A stretch of 64,000 nt of DNA, taken from an uncultured delta proteobacterium (GTDB lineage: Bacteria; Desulfobacterota; Syntrophobacteria; Syntrophobacterales; Syntrophobacteraceae). The DNA is taken from positions 171,235-235,234 of the forward strand of contig CAWEHK010000029.1 of NCBI GenBank assembly GCA_963808625.1, in the 5' to 3' direction. The notes beneath the pieces were generated by a model. That model searched no databases and was not told where the DNA came from. It saw only the letters and a list, made by a program, of their open reading frames with translations. This document shows positions 29,681 to 39,929 of this stretch, in pieces (position 1 is the first letter of the stretch; every line of letters begins with the position of its first letter). The position numbers and the translations under genes are program-made.

Positions 29681-31265
29681 CTCGCTCCTCAACTTATCGA
29701 GCGTCTGTGTCACCGACCGCCGAAGATGCTCAATTCTTCTCAGCGTGTAGTGGCTGACGGAATTGCGCTTCAGGTCCTTCACCAGCCAAAGCATTCCGAG
29801 GTTGTTGTTGCGGTCATCGAGTAAGGGTAATTCCAGTTTGAGCAGGCATTCGTGGCGCCCGTCCCGGTCTATGTCAAAGCCGTTGTGAGTCCAGACCCAC
29901 TCGACGCGGCGGTTCCCTCGCTTTCCGTCGCTTGTTTCCGCCATACTCCCGGCAATCCCCTTCCGGAGATTGATCGGGCCGCCAGGGTTGCGCCAAAAGT
30001 CTGAGTTCCCATTTCTCCCGTTGGCATGGTTCCAGAGCAGTATCTTTGACATATCAAAGTCAAGCATCTCCAGGGCCTTACAGGTATTTTGCCAGAGCTC
30101 CTGATAGGTTTTCGATCCGGAAATTTCGAGTTGCATGTTCAGGAAACTGCGTCGTTCGTGGCTGAAACCCGCTTCGTCTGAGACGTCCTTGATCCAGCCG
30201 TAGATCCTCTCGGGGGCAATATGTTTCAGGTAACCGAGCCTTTTCAGGAAACAGAAGGCAGTAATTGCCAGCGCCAACAGAAAGATGCCGATGATCCGGT
30301 TTTGCAGATTGACCAGCAGGAGTGAGAGGATGCAGAGCACCATAGAAGCCGCATAGATGATGAAGACCGCTTTCTTGGTCGAAAAGCCCATGGAGACCAG
30401 TTTGTGGTGGATGTGCCCCGTATCGGGGCGAAACATCCTCTTGCCGAGAAGGAACCGTCTTACAGGGAGCGAGAAGGGTATCGAAGATCGGGACCCCAAG
30501 GGCCAGAAGGGGAATGAGGATGGTGGCGCCGACCTGGCTTTTGGAGGAATGGATAATGGATATGCCGGCGATGATGTAGCCGAGGAAATAACTCCCGCCG
30601 TCGCCCATGAAGATGGAGGCGGGATTGAAATTGTATCGCAGGAAGCCCAGACAGGCCCCCGCAAGGCCGCTAAAAAGGAGAGCGTTCGGGTAATTTTCCC
30701 CCCAGATGGAGATGGTGGTCATGACCGCAGAGGTGAAAAAGGCAATGCCCGCAGCAAGACCGTCAAGGCCGTCGGTGAGGTTCAAGGCATTGATGAAGAG
30801 GACGAACCAGAAAATCGTAACGACGTAGCTCGCAATACCAAATGGCCCACCGAGCTGAAGGCCGAAAAGATTGGTAATGTGAGCTCCCCCGAAGTAAGCG
30901 ATGGTGGCGGCGAGCACCTGGAAACCCAGTTTTACGGAAGGCTTGGTCCGGTGAAAATCGTCGAAAAGGCCGATGCCAAAGACAACAAACGCCCCTATAA
31001 GGAGCATTGCCATCCTTCTATCCAATGTGATCCATGTTTCCGGAAAGCCGAAAAGGAAATGGGTGATAACAAGAGACAATAAAAAGGACAAAAAGATGGC
31101 GATGCCCCCCACCCTCGGGATCGGCTTCTGGTGCACCTTTCGTTCGCCCGGCAGATCGAATGCACCGAGCCTTGCGCCGAGCAACCCTGCCCCGGGAGTG
31201 ATCAGGATCGCCAGGAACAGAGCAGTGACAAAATGGACAAAGAAGATCGTCAGTTTCTCATCCAC
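29657..31265 (-). CDS. MraY/WecA-family undecaprenyl-phosphate sugar-1-P transferase with C-terminal extension; frameshift near 30465
   Basis: RKVH...PRVGG, GLFDD, NLTDGLDGLA, FMGDGGS and PDTGHIHH motifs. Confidence 0.88.
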
Positions 31266-31927
31266 CGCTCGACTCCGTCGCTACGGTTGCTGATCGGTTA
31301 TCTCTGAGAATGCCGCCAGAAGAGATTTGAGCAATATGGACTCGTTCCCGAAACTTGATGTCAATGATCCCTAATTGGATGCCTCAATAAGAAATAGATC
31401 CCAAACGATTACCAGCGAGCAGTGAAGCGTCGCAACAGAAAGACCGGAGAGAAAGAACACCGGCATCGGACCCCCGAAGGAAAGACCATTACCCTTCTCC
31501 GTCAGGGCAGGTCTCGGGTCAGTTGCCTTGCGTCTTGCTCTTTCGAGTGGTTTGCACTTTTCTCACGAGCGCTAAGGAGAGTTCTTATTATCACCGCAGC
31601 AACACTCGAAAAGCAATGAAAAAATCAGGTCCGAGGCGGTTCGAGCATTTTTCATGCCGAAGCAAAGCATTGCCTGGCTTCATTTGTATGGCCTGGACAA
31701 CGGACCCAATGCCTGAGCCAAAATTCCGTGTTTGGTTGATGCCTTATGAAGCATATCCGTGCAGAAGGTAAGACGAGAGGCAGCTCTTGATGCACTCTCC
31801 TGTGGGCACATTGCACTCCGACCATTGCAGATGGGTGTGACGCCATGAAGAAGCCCTCTTGATCGAGGAACACGGAAAGGCTCCAAGGTGCTGGTGTTCT
31901 ACGACGTTCTTGCCGACTTGCAGCACC

Positions 31928-32060
31928 CCCCACCAACCATCCCCCCCTCAACCATCAACATCCCCCATCCCCCATCAACCATCAACTCATCCCCCATCAA
32001 CCATCAACCATCAACTCATCCCCCATCAACCATCAACCATCAACCATCAACCATCAACTC
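31928..32060. repeat. CCATCAA/CCATCCC heptamer array
   Basis: Tandem units starting at the stop of the WecB-family gene. Confidence 0.9.
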
Positions 32061-32871
32061 TTCTCCCCCTTCTCTCCCTCAGCACACGCAGCATGAACCC
32101 TGGATTGGACACAAAATTCCTCCGCCACAGCCGCTGTGGTTGCTGCATGAGCCGTGGCAGCCACTCCATTCCATGATCGCAAAACCAGGGGTGCGATCGC
32201 GCGACCGTGCCGGTGAAGAAATCAAAAGCGGCGCCGATCGGCCCAATCATCCGCACATGGAGATCGCGTTTGTTGGCATGCGCCCATTTCTCCTGTTTTG
32301 GTGCGGTCAGGGCGACCCACAGGACATCCGGCGCCGCCCGATTGACCCTCTCCACCATGCGCGCTTCGTCCTCTTTCGAGAATTCTGAACAGAATGGGGG
32401 GGCAAAGGTTCCCGCCACTTCAATGTGCGGGAAGCGAGCAGCCATTTCCTCGCGCACCTTTGACAGGGTAGTCCCGGTCGAACCCAGGAAAAAGTAACGG
32501 CAGCCGCCTGCGGCATTGAGCAGGCGGCTCAGGCCCAGGAAGAGGTCCGTCCCGGTAACGCGCCGCCGCAAGCGCCCTCCCAGCAGCTTCGATGCCAGCA
32601 CCATGCCGATGCCATCCGGGATCACCATGTCTGCAGCGCTGATAGCCGCTCGGAAGGCGGTGTCTTTCCTGGCAACCTCTAGGGAATGGGGATTGGCACA
32701 AACAAAGTAGCGGGCTTCTCCCCCCGATGTTATCCAGGAATAAAGCTCGCTCACGCAGTTATCTATGTCCTTCAAGGTGATGCGGTAGCCCAGGAGGCTT
32801 TCGCAGGAGTCATCCTCGACCTGCGGCTCGCGTCCGCGACAACTATCCTTGTTTGTGCTGAGAACCTTCAT
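32047..32871 (-). CDS. WecB/TagA/CpsF glycosyltransferase
   Basis: ANPH, PDGIG, RVTGTD, APKQEKW, GAAFDF and GMEWLPR motifs. Confidence 0.93.
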   Translation of the reverse strand: MKVLSTNKDSCRGREPQVEDDSCESLLGYRITLKDIDNCVSELYSWITSGGEARYFVCANPHSLEVARKDTAFRAAISAADMVIPDGIGMVLASKLLGGRLRRRVTGTDLFLGLSRLLNAAGGCRYFFLGSTGTTLSKVREEMAARFPHIEVAGTFAPPFCSEFSKEDEARMVERVNRAAPDVLWVALTAPKQEKWAHANKRDLHVRMIGPIGAAFDFFTGTVARSHPWFCDHGMEWLPRLMQQPQRLWRRNFVSNPGFMLRVLRERRGRRVDG

Positions 32872-32884
32872 TTTACCAGACTTA

Positions 32885-33070
32885 GTAAACCTCCGCATAA
32901 ATAAGTGTCCGAATTCGACTTAGTAAACTCCGCATAAATAAGTGTCCGAATCGAGACATTCCCGCGTGTTTCTGGCGGGAATCCAAGGTGGGCAAATTCT
33001 CTGGATTCCCGCTAAAAGCATGCAGGAATGACGCCCGGGGTGATGGACACTTTATTCTGCTGTGCGGTAC
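32885..33070. mobile_element. MITE-like element, copy C, with its left end duplicated in tandem
   Basis: GACTTAGTAAAC(C)TCCGCATAAATAAGTGTCCGAAT occurs twice, followed by the palindrome core. Confidence 0.8.
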
Positions 33071-33071
33071 G

Positions 33072-33213
33072 TAATACTACAACGAGGTTTCCGCGGGGGG
33101 CCTTAATCTGTGGGGCAGGCTTTCCAGCCTGCCTTTTGGCCGCTTCGGCATGGCAGGCTGGAAAGCCTGCCCCACACGGATTGGAGTCTCACCAAAGTAC
33201 TGTTGTAGTATTA
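33072..33213. mobile_element. second small element: TAATACTACAAC terminal inverted repeats enclosing a REP doublet
   Basis: TAATACTACAAC...GTTGTAGTATTA. Inner TGTGGGGCAGGCTTTCCAGCCTGCC and its reverse complement. Confidence 0.7.
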
Positions 33214-33359
33214 GTTTCGCTCCTCACAAATGAGTGTCCCAATTGCTGTCGTCATGCCCGCGAAGGTGGGCCACCAGGGTTTGTTCTTGGATTCCCGCCA
33301 GGAGCATGCGGGAATGACGGTCGGCGGAGAAATGGACACTTCATTCTGCTGTGCTGTAC
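33214..33359. mobile_element. MITE-like element, copy D
   Basis: CACAAATGAGTGTCC...GGATTCCCGC...GCGGGAATGAC...ATTCTGCTGTGCTGTAC. Confidence 0.75.
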
Positions 33360-33553
33360 TCAGGAATTCACCGCAGTCCCTCATGTCCCTTTGGGACACC
33401 CGAAGACACATGAAAAGTGACTTTTCGGAGCAGAACTCGCTGAGATCGCAGAATAATCTTATCATTTCAGAGCGAAATCTCTCTGCGTACTCTGCGCTCT
33501 CCGCGGTTAAATGAAACAATGCATCCTTAAGCGATATAGCTCTCGTAAAGACC

Positions 33554-34771
33554 TCATTGCGATTTCTGCATTATTCGGCGAGCCGTCGCCGCCTGGTAGA
33601 TGTCCATGAGCAGCTTGTGATTGACCGGTGCGGTGTATTCCCTCTCAAAGGTCTTTCGGGCTTCTTTCGCCATGGCGGCCAGCCTGCGTTCGTCCGCCCA
33701 AACGGTCTTGAGGGCAGCCAGGAGATCGCCGGAATCACCGGGTGCGAACAGGACCCCGTCATCGCCCTCGTTGACAATGCAGGGCATGGAGCCGAGGCGC
33801 GAGGCAGCCACCGGGACACCCAGGGCAAAGGCTTCGCGAATGACCATGGGAAAGCCTTCGAAACAAAGCGAGGGCAGGACCAGCAAGCGTGCCCCGGCAA
33901 GCACCTGTTGCCCTTCGGAAAATGGCAACTGACCCAGGAACTTTATTTTCCTTCCCGCGTAGAGTTCGCCGGCAGCGTTTTGCAGACTTTCTCGTTCCGG
34001 ACCATCGCCAATGAGTTCAAGACCGGGCGCTTCCTCTCCCCACCGCTTCCAGGCCTCAACTAAGGAGTACAGCCCCTTCTCCTCACGCAGGCGCCCAACA
34101 AAAACCACCTTCTGTTCTCGTTCGGACCAGGGCAAAGGCTCGGGAGGGTCGGGATAAAAGTGCGGTTTGACGTGCACTTTGTCTCCAGGGAGTCCCGCCT
34201 TGACCAAGTGATCGCGCTGAAATGGAGTGAGTGCAATGAAAGCGTCAACATCCCTCTGCCAGGTGCCGATGAGCCGGTGAAGGGCGATCATTGTTGCCAG
34301 GGGCGCAGTCGCGAGGCGACTGTCACGATAGCATCCCCTTCTCAGCGCCGGCAGCACACTCCGCTGATCAAGGCATTCCGTACAAGGCGTCCCATTGTGC
34401 ATTGGGATGCCGGCGGCACAGAAACACCGGTAATTGTGAAGGGTGAGGACGGAAGCGGTTTCAAAACCTCTGGTCGCCCGGAAAATGGCGGGGGACAGGA
34501 GTGGGAAGGTGTTGTGGACGTGCAGAATCTCGGGCTGCTCGCGCTCTAGTACCTGCCGCAGGGCCCAGACGGCGAAAGGGTTCCACGGCGTTGCCAGAGC
34601 GCCCTGCAGGGTGCCGATCGGTCCGCGCGCCCGGATCTCATCACTGTGTCGGGTGAACTCCAGAACCTCATGACCGCTCCGCACCAGGAGATCCAGTTCC
34701 GCCAGATAGGCCGAATTTTCTCCACTCGGGGCCGACGACCCGTAAAAATTGTGGGCCAGTAAAATTTTCAC
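33554..34771 (-). CDS. glycosyltransferase family 4
   Basis: HVHN, TLHNYR, VGRLREEKG and EGFPMVIREA (EX7E) motifs. Confidence 0.92.
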   Translation of the reverse strand: MKILLAHNFYGSSAPSGENSAYLAELDLLVRSGHEVLEFTRHSDEIRARGPIGTLQGALATPWNPFAVWALRQVLEREQPEILHVHNTFPLLSPAIFRATRGFETASVLTLHNYRCFCAAGIPMHNGTPCTECLDQRSVLPALRRGCYRDSRLATAPLATMIALHRLIGTWQRDVDAFIALTPFQRDHLVKAGLPGDKVHVKPHFYPDPPEPLPWSEREQKVVFVGRLREEKGLYSLVEAWKRWGEEAPGLELIGDGPERESLQNAAGELYAGRKIKFLGQLPFSEGQQVLAGARLLVLPSLCFEGFPMVIREAFALGVPVAASRLGSMPCIVNEGDDGVLFAPGDSGDLLAALKTVWADERRLAAMAKEARKTFEREYTAPVNHKLLMDIYQAATARRIMQKSQ

Positions 34772-34998
34772 GGACTGGTTAGGGCGAGCAGTTCAAAAGG
34801 GACTTCGTAGTCCCCTGCGGTTTCATTAGCATCAAGAAGCTCCGGGATGAGGATTCTGAGTTTCTCGACCAAGCCTTCTAAAGTGCTCTCTTCCGTAGCC
34901 AGCCCCGGGACATCGTCACTGGTGGCTACCCATACCCGGGCCTCATCATCCCACTCGGTACGAATAAACAGTGGTCTCTGATGCATATGCGTCCTCAC
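34768..34998 (-). CDS. DUF1902 (HicB-like) protein
   Basis: WDDEARVWVATSDDVPGLATE signature. Confidence 0.8.
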   Translation of the reverse strand: MRTHMHQRPLFIRTEWDDEARVWVATSDDVPGLATEESTLEGLVEKLRILIPELLDANETAGDYEVPFELLALTSP

Positions 34999-35083
34999 TT
35001 TGCTCTCTCCGCCCCTTCGTGGATCAATAATTCCCCCCTTTCAGGCTTCACCCTTCACTCTTCCCTGTTCCCTTTTTCCTTTT

Positions 35084-35485
35084 TCATAATGGTCTTGACA
35101 CTTCCTCGATGAAGAGGGCAACGTCGTCGAGGATCTGAGGAATGCTGCGGTGCAACAGCTCATAATCGATCACTTCGTATTCATGGACAAGGATGTTTCT
35201 CAATCCAGCCCCGAGGGCCAAATGAGTGCTGAGTGTTTGAGTCAGGATTCCCATCTCTCCTGCTCTCAAGAAAGCTGCCCGGTAAGAGCCGGGAGCGGGT
35301 TCGCCTTTCATGGAAAGCAGATGAAACACGATATCTGATGCCGTCATGAGAAGCAATTCAAGCAAGCGCTCCACCTTGTAATGGTCGGCAATGAATTCTC
35401 GGTAATCTGCATCTCGATAAGGATCAATATCTCTCAAGTATTGCGCCAACCTGATAAGTTTCCTCGCAATCACCTCAGGGGACAT
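35084..35485 (-). CDS. HEPN toxin (DUF86/HepT-like)
   Basis: RNILVHEY (RX4HXY). Confidence 0.9.
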   Translation of the reverse strand: MSPEVIARKLIRLAQYLRDIDPYRDADYREFIADHYKVERLLELLLMTASDIVFHLLSMKGEPAPGSYRAAFLRAGEMGILTQTLSTHLALGAGLRNILVHEYEVIDYELLHRSIPQILDDVALFIEEVSRPL

Positions 35486-35896
35486 GCCGCAACCTTTCTG
35501 CGAATTTCTTGAGGTACGCCAGTTCTTGTTCCCTCAAGTGGGCCGTGTCGAGATAAAGTTTCCATGAGTAAAGTTTGCCGCGCTCAAACAGACCCTCGAC
35601 CTCTTCGAAAAGGAGCCGCCCCTTGAAAAAGACTTCATACCGGAGCAAGGGCGATGTATTGGGTGTGAGCACGACCAGGTCAACACGCTCCGGGTGAAAA
35701 ATCGTTTCCAAATCGTAGATCAGGTCCAGCTTGGAGCGACTGCAATTTCTCCTGAGTTGCACCGCCAGATCCAGGTCACTCGAAGCGGTGGCGAAGCCTG
35801 TTACCCGCAATCCGAAAAGAATCAAGAGCGCTATTCCAGCCTCGTTGCAGAATATGGAAGTGGCCGGGCGGAGACAGGCAATAATTCTGTTTGCAT
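35475..35896 (-). CDS. minimal nucleotidyltransferase antitoxin (MntA-like); probable 5' frameshift
   Basis: LFGLR...SDLDLAV...VDLVVL. Overlaps the HEPN gene. Confidence 0.75.
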
Positions 35897-35923
35897 CGTC
35901 GCCTCCATGCTTTCAGCCCTTCA

Positions 35924-36078
35924 GTACAGCACAGCAGAATAAAGTGTCCATTACCACCTGGTCGTCATTCCCGCATGCTCTTAGCGGGAATCCAGGGCAT
36001 TTGCACAGCCTGGATTCCCGCCAGAAACGCGCGGGAATGACGAGTGGCATTCGGACACCCATTTATGCGGGGGCGTAC
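35924..36078. mobile_element. MITE-like element, copy E
   Basis: Near-identical inverted copy of B. Confidence 0.85.
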
Positions 36079-36113
36079 TTAGCTATCAGCTCTTAGCCTC
36101 TCACCCATCGTGT

Positions 36114-36464
36114 TCAGACTTCCAAGACGCGGCGGATGGCGATGGCCACAGCTTGGAGACGCTCCTCGTCCAGACTACCCAAACGATGAACCAGCCGTTC
36201 TTTAGATATGGTCATGACCTGTTCACACTTTACGAACGACCCGGCTTCGAGTCCGTTTCTTTCTGAGGCAGCAACTGGGACGTGGAAGGGAACCTCTTTG
36301 CCCTTGGTGCTCACTGTGACCACTATGGTATTCGGGTAACGGGGATTTGAATTAGCTGCATCGGTCTGAATCACTAATGCCGGTCTCCTGCCAGTCTGTT
36401 CAGAGCCCCGGCCCGGAGACCAATCGACAACCCAAATTTCTCCCCGGCGAACCTTTTCACTCAT
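36114..36464 (-). CDS. PemK/MazF family toxin
   Basis: RRGEIWVVD...GSEQTGRRPALVIQ...CEQVMTISKERL. Confidence 0.92.
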   Translation of the reverse strand: MSEKVRRGEIWVVDWSPGRGSEQTGRRPALVIQTDAANSNPRYPNTIVVTVSTKGKEVPFHVPVAASERNGLEAGSFVKCEQVMTISKERLVHRLGSLDEERLQAVAIAIRRVLEV

Positions 36465-36702
36465 CGTTCAGCGCTATCTCCCGTTGGGCCTCTGAGGCAT
36501 AGTCCACACTTACCTCATTGAGATCCTGACCAGCCAGAGTAAATGCGTCGAATAACGCCACCGCATCCTCCTCAGCAAGCTTCCTTGTGATGGCCTCCTG
36601 AACAAATGCTGCCATGCTGCGGCCTTTAAGCTGGGAGGCCGTCTTGACACGCTGGTAGAGATCCGGATCAAAACGCAACGTGAATGCAACCTGCCTCCTC
36701 AT
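36457..36702 (-). CDS. ribbon-helix-helix antitoxin
   Basis: FTLRFDPDLYQRV...SMAAFVQEAI. Overlaps the toxin start. Confidence 0.75.
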   Translation of the reverse strand: MRRQVAFTLRFDPDLYQRVKTASQLKGRSMAAFVQEAITRKLAEEDAVALFDAFTLAGQDLNEVSVDYASEAQREIALNDE

Positions 36703-36944
36703 GGTATCACCTCAAGATTGTAAAATATGGTGTCATAAGTTTACATCACGTGCAAGTACCTGGCAAGACCAAGAGCCCATTCGGCCGCCATCCGATCGCG
36801 GCAGTTTGGCAGCAGGGTTCCCAGTCAGAATAGACCGAATCAGCAATTCAGTTCTTCCCCGGTTGTACAATCTTTTATGGTATTATTGAGGCAAATCGAC
36901 CGCTCCCGAGGAAAGCCGGTGGCAGCAGCGCGTTCAACTCCCGA

Positions 36945-37631
36945 TCAGGCTTCCCTGCTGCTGAACAACTTCCTGGCAAGCCTCACGGCCTTTTCGGCAT
37001 CTTGTTGCGAGGGTTCTCCGAGGGGCAGTAATCCCGCTTCCACAGGGTACCTTCCCGAGTAGATGCTGTCGATGAAAACGATCTCTTCGTCAGACAGCGG
37101 GAACTTTATTTTGTAGTCTTTTCCTATGGCAATGAGCCGTTCAATGCTGGGAGTTTTCTCGAGGTCCCATCCCTTCTTGAAGAGCTTAACTTTGATCGCT
37201 TTTTCAATGGCTTGTTGAGCATGGTAACAGGCGCCTTTAAAATATCCCCCCTGTAATAAATAGGCCGCCATGGCTAATTCATCTTTGGCCTGCTCCTGCC
37301 ATGCTTTGATCATGTCCTTCATGTAAAGCATCTTCCCTTCCCTTGAGACGAGCCTTAAAAAAGGGCTTCCCTTAGAATAGTGCTCGCTCACCAAACTCAG
37401 AGGCATCACGAATGGTTCTATGGAAAATTTCCGGTAGAATCTCTTGAGGCATTTATGCAGCAGAAGCCTGGCGTCCTGGACCGTCCCCGCATCGTCATCG
37501 ATCACCACAAGCAAGTCCAGATCATTCCCCATTCCTTGCCGAGCCACCGAACCGAACAGGACCACGGAAAAGGGATCCAGCGCCCTGGCAATGGACTGCG
37601 CCGCCTTTTTGGCATCCTCAAAAGTGACCAT
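36945..37631 (-). CDS. fused nucleotidyltransferase-HEPN protein
   Basis: LFGSVAR...DLDLLVV followed in frame by CYHAQQAIEKAIK...GRYP. Confidence 0.8.
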   Translation of the reverse strand: MVTFEDAKKAAQSIARALDPFSVVLFGSVARQGMGNDLDLLVVIDDDAGTVQDARLLLHKCLKRFYRKFSIEPFVMPLSLVSEHYSKGSPFLRLVSREGKMLYMKDMIKAWQEQAKDELAMAAYLLQGGYFKGACYHAQQAIEKAIKVKLFKKGWDLEKTPSIERLIAIGKDYKIKFPLSDEEIVFIDSIYSGRYPVEAGLLPLGEPSQQDAEKAVRLARKLFSSREA

Positions 37632-37717
37632 GTATCTCTCTCGCCGAAAGCAAAAGGTAAGTCGTGCATGGCTATTATGCCGGCTTGGTTTGCTCTCTAT
37701 GCGCGGAAGAAATCTCC

Positions 37718-38470
37718 TTACGCCTCGGTGATCTGGAAGGTCTTGTAGCGCCGAATGTGGGGGTAACGTCGGTCGGCATGGACTTCCACCTCGGGGGTAA
37801 AGTGAAAGCCCACCAGGAAAGGCTGAATTTCTCCGGAAAGGGCGGTCCTGAGCCGCTCGATCATTTTTTGGAAGCGCTCGAAGTCTTTCTTCCCCGGCTG
37901 GGCTTTGCACTCCCCGATGAGAAAGAAGGGGCGAGCGTCTTTGGTGCCTTGGGCGAAAAGGTTCACTTCATCATGGGTACCATCGGCATAGATGACATTG
38001 CGCCGGTCCACCAGCGTGATTTCGACTCCGAATTCCCGTAATGCAAAGGTCTTGAGGTGAGGGATGAGGCGATCTTCGATACCATACCCCACAGCCATGG
38101 CCAGACCCCCCAACTGCTTCTTGATGTCCCTCTGATCATCCGCCAGAGCTTTCACCGACAGTTCCGTACGCCTCTGCGCCTCGGCAAGTTCCTCGATGCG
38201 CATTTCCGTACGTCTCTGAGCCTCGGCAAGTTCCTCGATGCGCATTTCCGTACGCCTCTGAGCCTCGGCAAGTTCCTCGACGCGCATTTCCGTACGTTTC
38301 TGAGCTTCGGCGAGTTCCCGCACGACATCCTTCAGATCGTTGAACTCGCTTCGGCCGACGGCGATGATCTGGGTCTTTTCTTCGATCTCCTCCAAGAAAC
38401 AGAGAAATGCTTCTCTGGTCTTGGTGTCGAGCTCCTCCAATTTGCGAATCATGGCAGCGCTAACGCTCAT
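37718..38470 (-). CDS. coiled-coil protein with ELAEAQRRTE repeats and a C-terminal PD-(D/E)XK-like domain
   Basis: 42-bp tandem repeats at about 38162-38320, then EVNLF...IGECKA. Confidence 0.7.
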   Translation of the reverse strand: MSVSAAMIRKLEELDTKTREAFLCFLEEIEEKTQIIAVGRSEFNDLKDVVRELAEAQKRTEMRVEELAEAQRRTEMRIEELAEAQRRTEMRIEELAEAQRRTELSVKALADDQRDIKKQLGGLAMAVGYGIEDRLIPHLKTFALREFGVEITLVDRRNVIYADGTHDEVNLFAQGTKDARPFFLIGECKAQPGKKDFERFQKMIERLRTALSGEIQPFLVGFHFTPEVEVHADRRYPHIRRYKTFQITEA

Positions 38471-38626
38471 GGCAGTTCCTCAGACCGGGCCACCGGCGTG
38501 GTGTTTTGTTTCTCAATGATCCCGCTTTCCATCATAACCCAATCAAGAATCAAGAGAAAAGGACCAACACGCCCTTCAGCCTGTCACCTTGCGAAGCAAG
38601 AAGATCGCTTTTCTCGGCTCAACCAT

Positions 38627-39055
38627 TCAACAGTTACGAAGGGCGTTCATAATTCCTCGTGCAAAATTCTCCACCATCTGCTCAAGGGTGTACTTGTTGG
38701 CATCTTCCATGGCCTGCCCAGCTACCTGAAGCCTCAAGCCATCATCCGTGAACAGCTTGCCGGCGCAGGCGACGTAATCATCCAACCGGTTTGCTGTCAT
38801 GAAACCATTCCGGCCATCTTCGAGATAAGCGATCTCAGGCGAATAGATTTTGCAGTCGGTAGTGATCATGGGGATGCCGAGGGCGAGGCTGTCGATGATA
38901 TTGAGCCCGACCATCCCGGGGTTCAGCATCACCTTTCCCAGGCGGCCGTAAAGCGCTTTTTCGCGGTCGTGCCTCGCTCCCACCCAGTGCACCCAGGGCC
39001 TGCTCACGGCGAACTTCTGAACATCCATCTGCTCGATCGTGTAATTTTTCGCATA
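38627..39055 (-). pseudogene. duplicated 3' fragment of the GT4 gene at 39930-41070
   Basis: 38660-39025 aligns to 39966-40331 at a constant offset of 1306. Confidence 0.85.
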
Positions 39056-39207
39056 TAGAAAATAGGTTCCGACACCTCCGCATGCTTCCAACGGGGGGCC
39101 AGAGCATGAAACACCCTGGATTCCCGCTAACGGCCATGACCTCGAGGGTCGCAACGAAGCATGAGAATACGAGACTGAAGGCAGAAAAAGTAAGGTTTTG
39201 TTTTTAT

Positions 39208-39256
39208 TCTGCCTCCTGCCTCCTGTCTCCTGCCTCCTGTCTCCTGTCTCCTGCCT
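39208..39256. repeat. CTCCTGT/CTCCTGC heptamer array
   Basis: Tandem units. Confidence 0.85.
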
Positions 39257-39314
39257 ATTGACCGCATCAGCGGATTGAATTAAAATGGTCACAATAATTC
39301 CATAGGAGGATAAC

Positions 39315-39587
39315 ATGGATGGAGTAAAGGAGACCCTGCCGGTGACCAAAGCCAAACGTGATCTGCTGGAGCTTATCAAGCGCATGCAGGAGGACGATGC
39401 GATCATCACGATCACAAGGAATGGTGAAGCGGCGGGAGTACTCATGACCGCAGGGCGTTATGAAGGGTTGTTAGAAACCATCGAGATTCTGGCGGATGTG
39501 AGAATAACCGAGGCGCTTCTTGCTTCCTCAAGGGATTTCGCCCAAGGCAACACCCACAGTCATGACGACGTGTGGGGAGACCCTTGA
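39315..39587 (+). CDS. Phd/YefM family antitoxin
   Basis: VTKAKRDLLELI...ITRNGEAAGVLM...LLETIEIL. Confidence 0.9.
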   Translation: MDGVKETLPVTKAKRDLLELIKRMQEDDAIITITRNGEAAGVLMTAGRYEGLLETIEILADVRITEALLASSRDFAQGNTHSHDDVWGDP

Positions 39588-39874
39588 TGTATCGAATTGA
39601 ATACTCTGAAACCAGCCGTAATCAAATCCGCACCCTGGACCCATTCATAAAGCCGATCATCAAGAGGCGCATCGAGGAGCTCAAGGATAACCCCTTCTTA
39701 GGAAAACAGCTGGAACGGCAGCTTGCCGGGTATTATTCGTATAAAGCCAGGCGGTTCCGGATCATTTACAAGATCGTGCCACACGCGATGACGCTTCAAA
39801 TTCACTATGTCGGACACCGAAAAGATATCTATGAACTGGTTGCGGAGCTCATCAGTTCCGGCGCCAACGCCTGA
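39587..39874 (+). CDS. RelE/ParE family toxin
   Basis: NPFLGKQL...FRIIYKI...VGHRKDIYE. TGATG overlap with the antitoxin. Confidence 0.9.
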   Translation: MYRIEYSETSRNQIRTLDPFIKPIIKRRIEELKDNPFLGKQLERQLAGYYSYKARRFRIIYKIVPHAMTLQIHYVGHRKDIYELVAELISSGANA

Positions 39875-39929
39875 TCGGATCAACTCTTCCCCGCGCCCCC
39901 ATCTTTACTTCTGTCGCTTCAACAATCTC

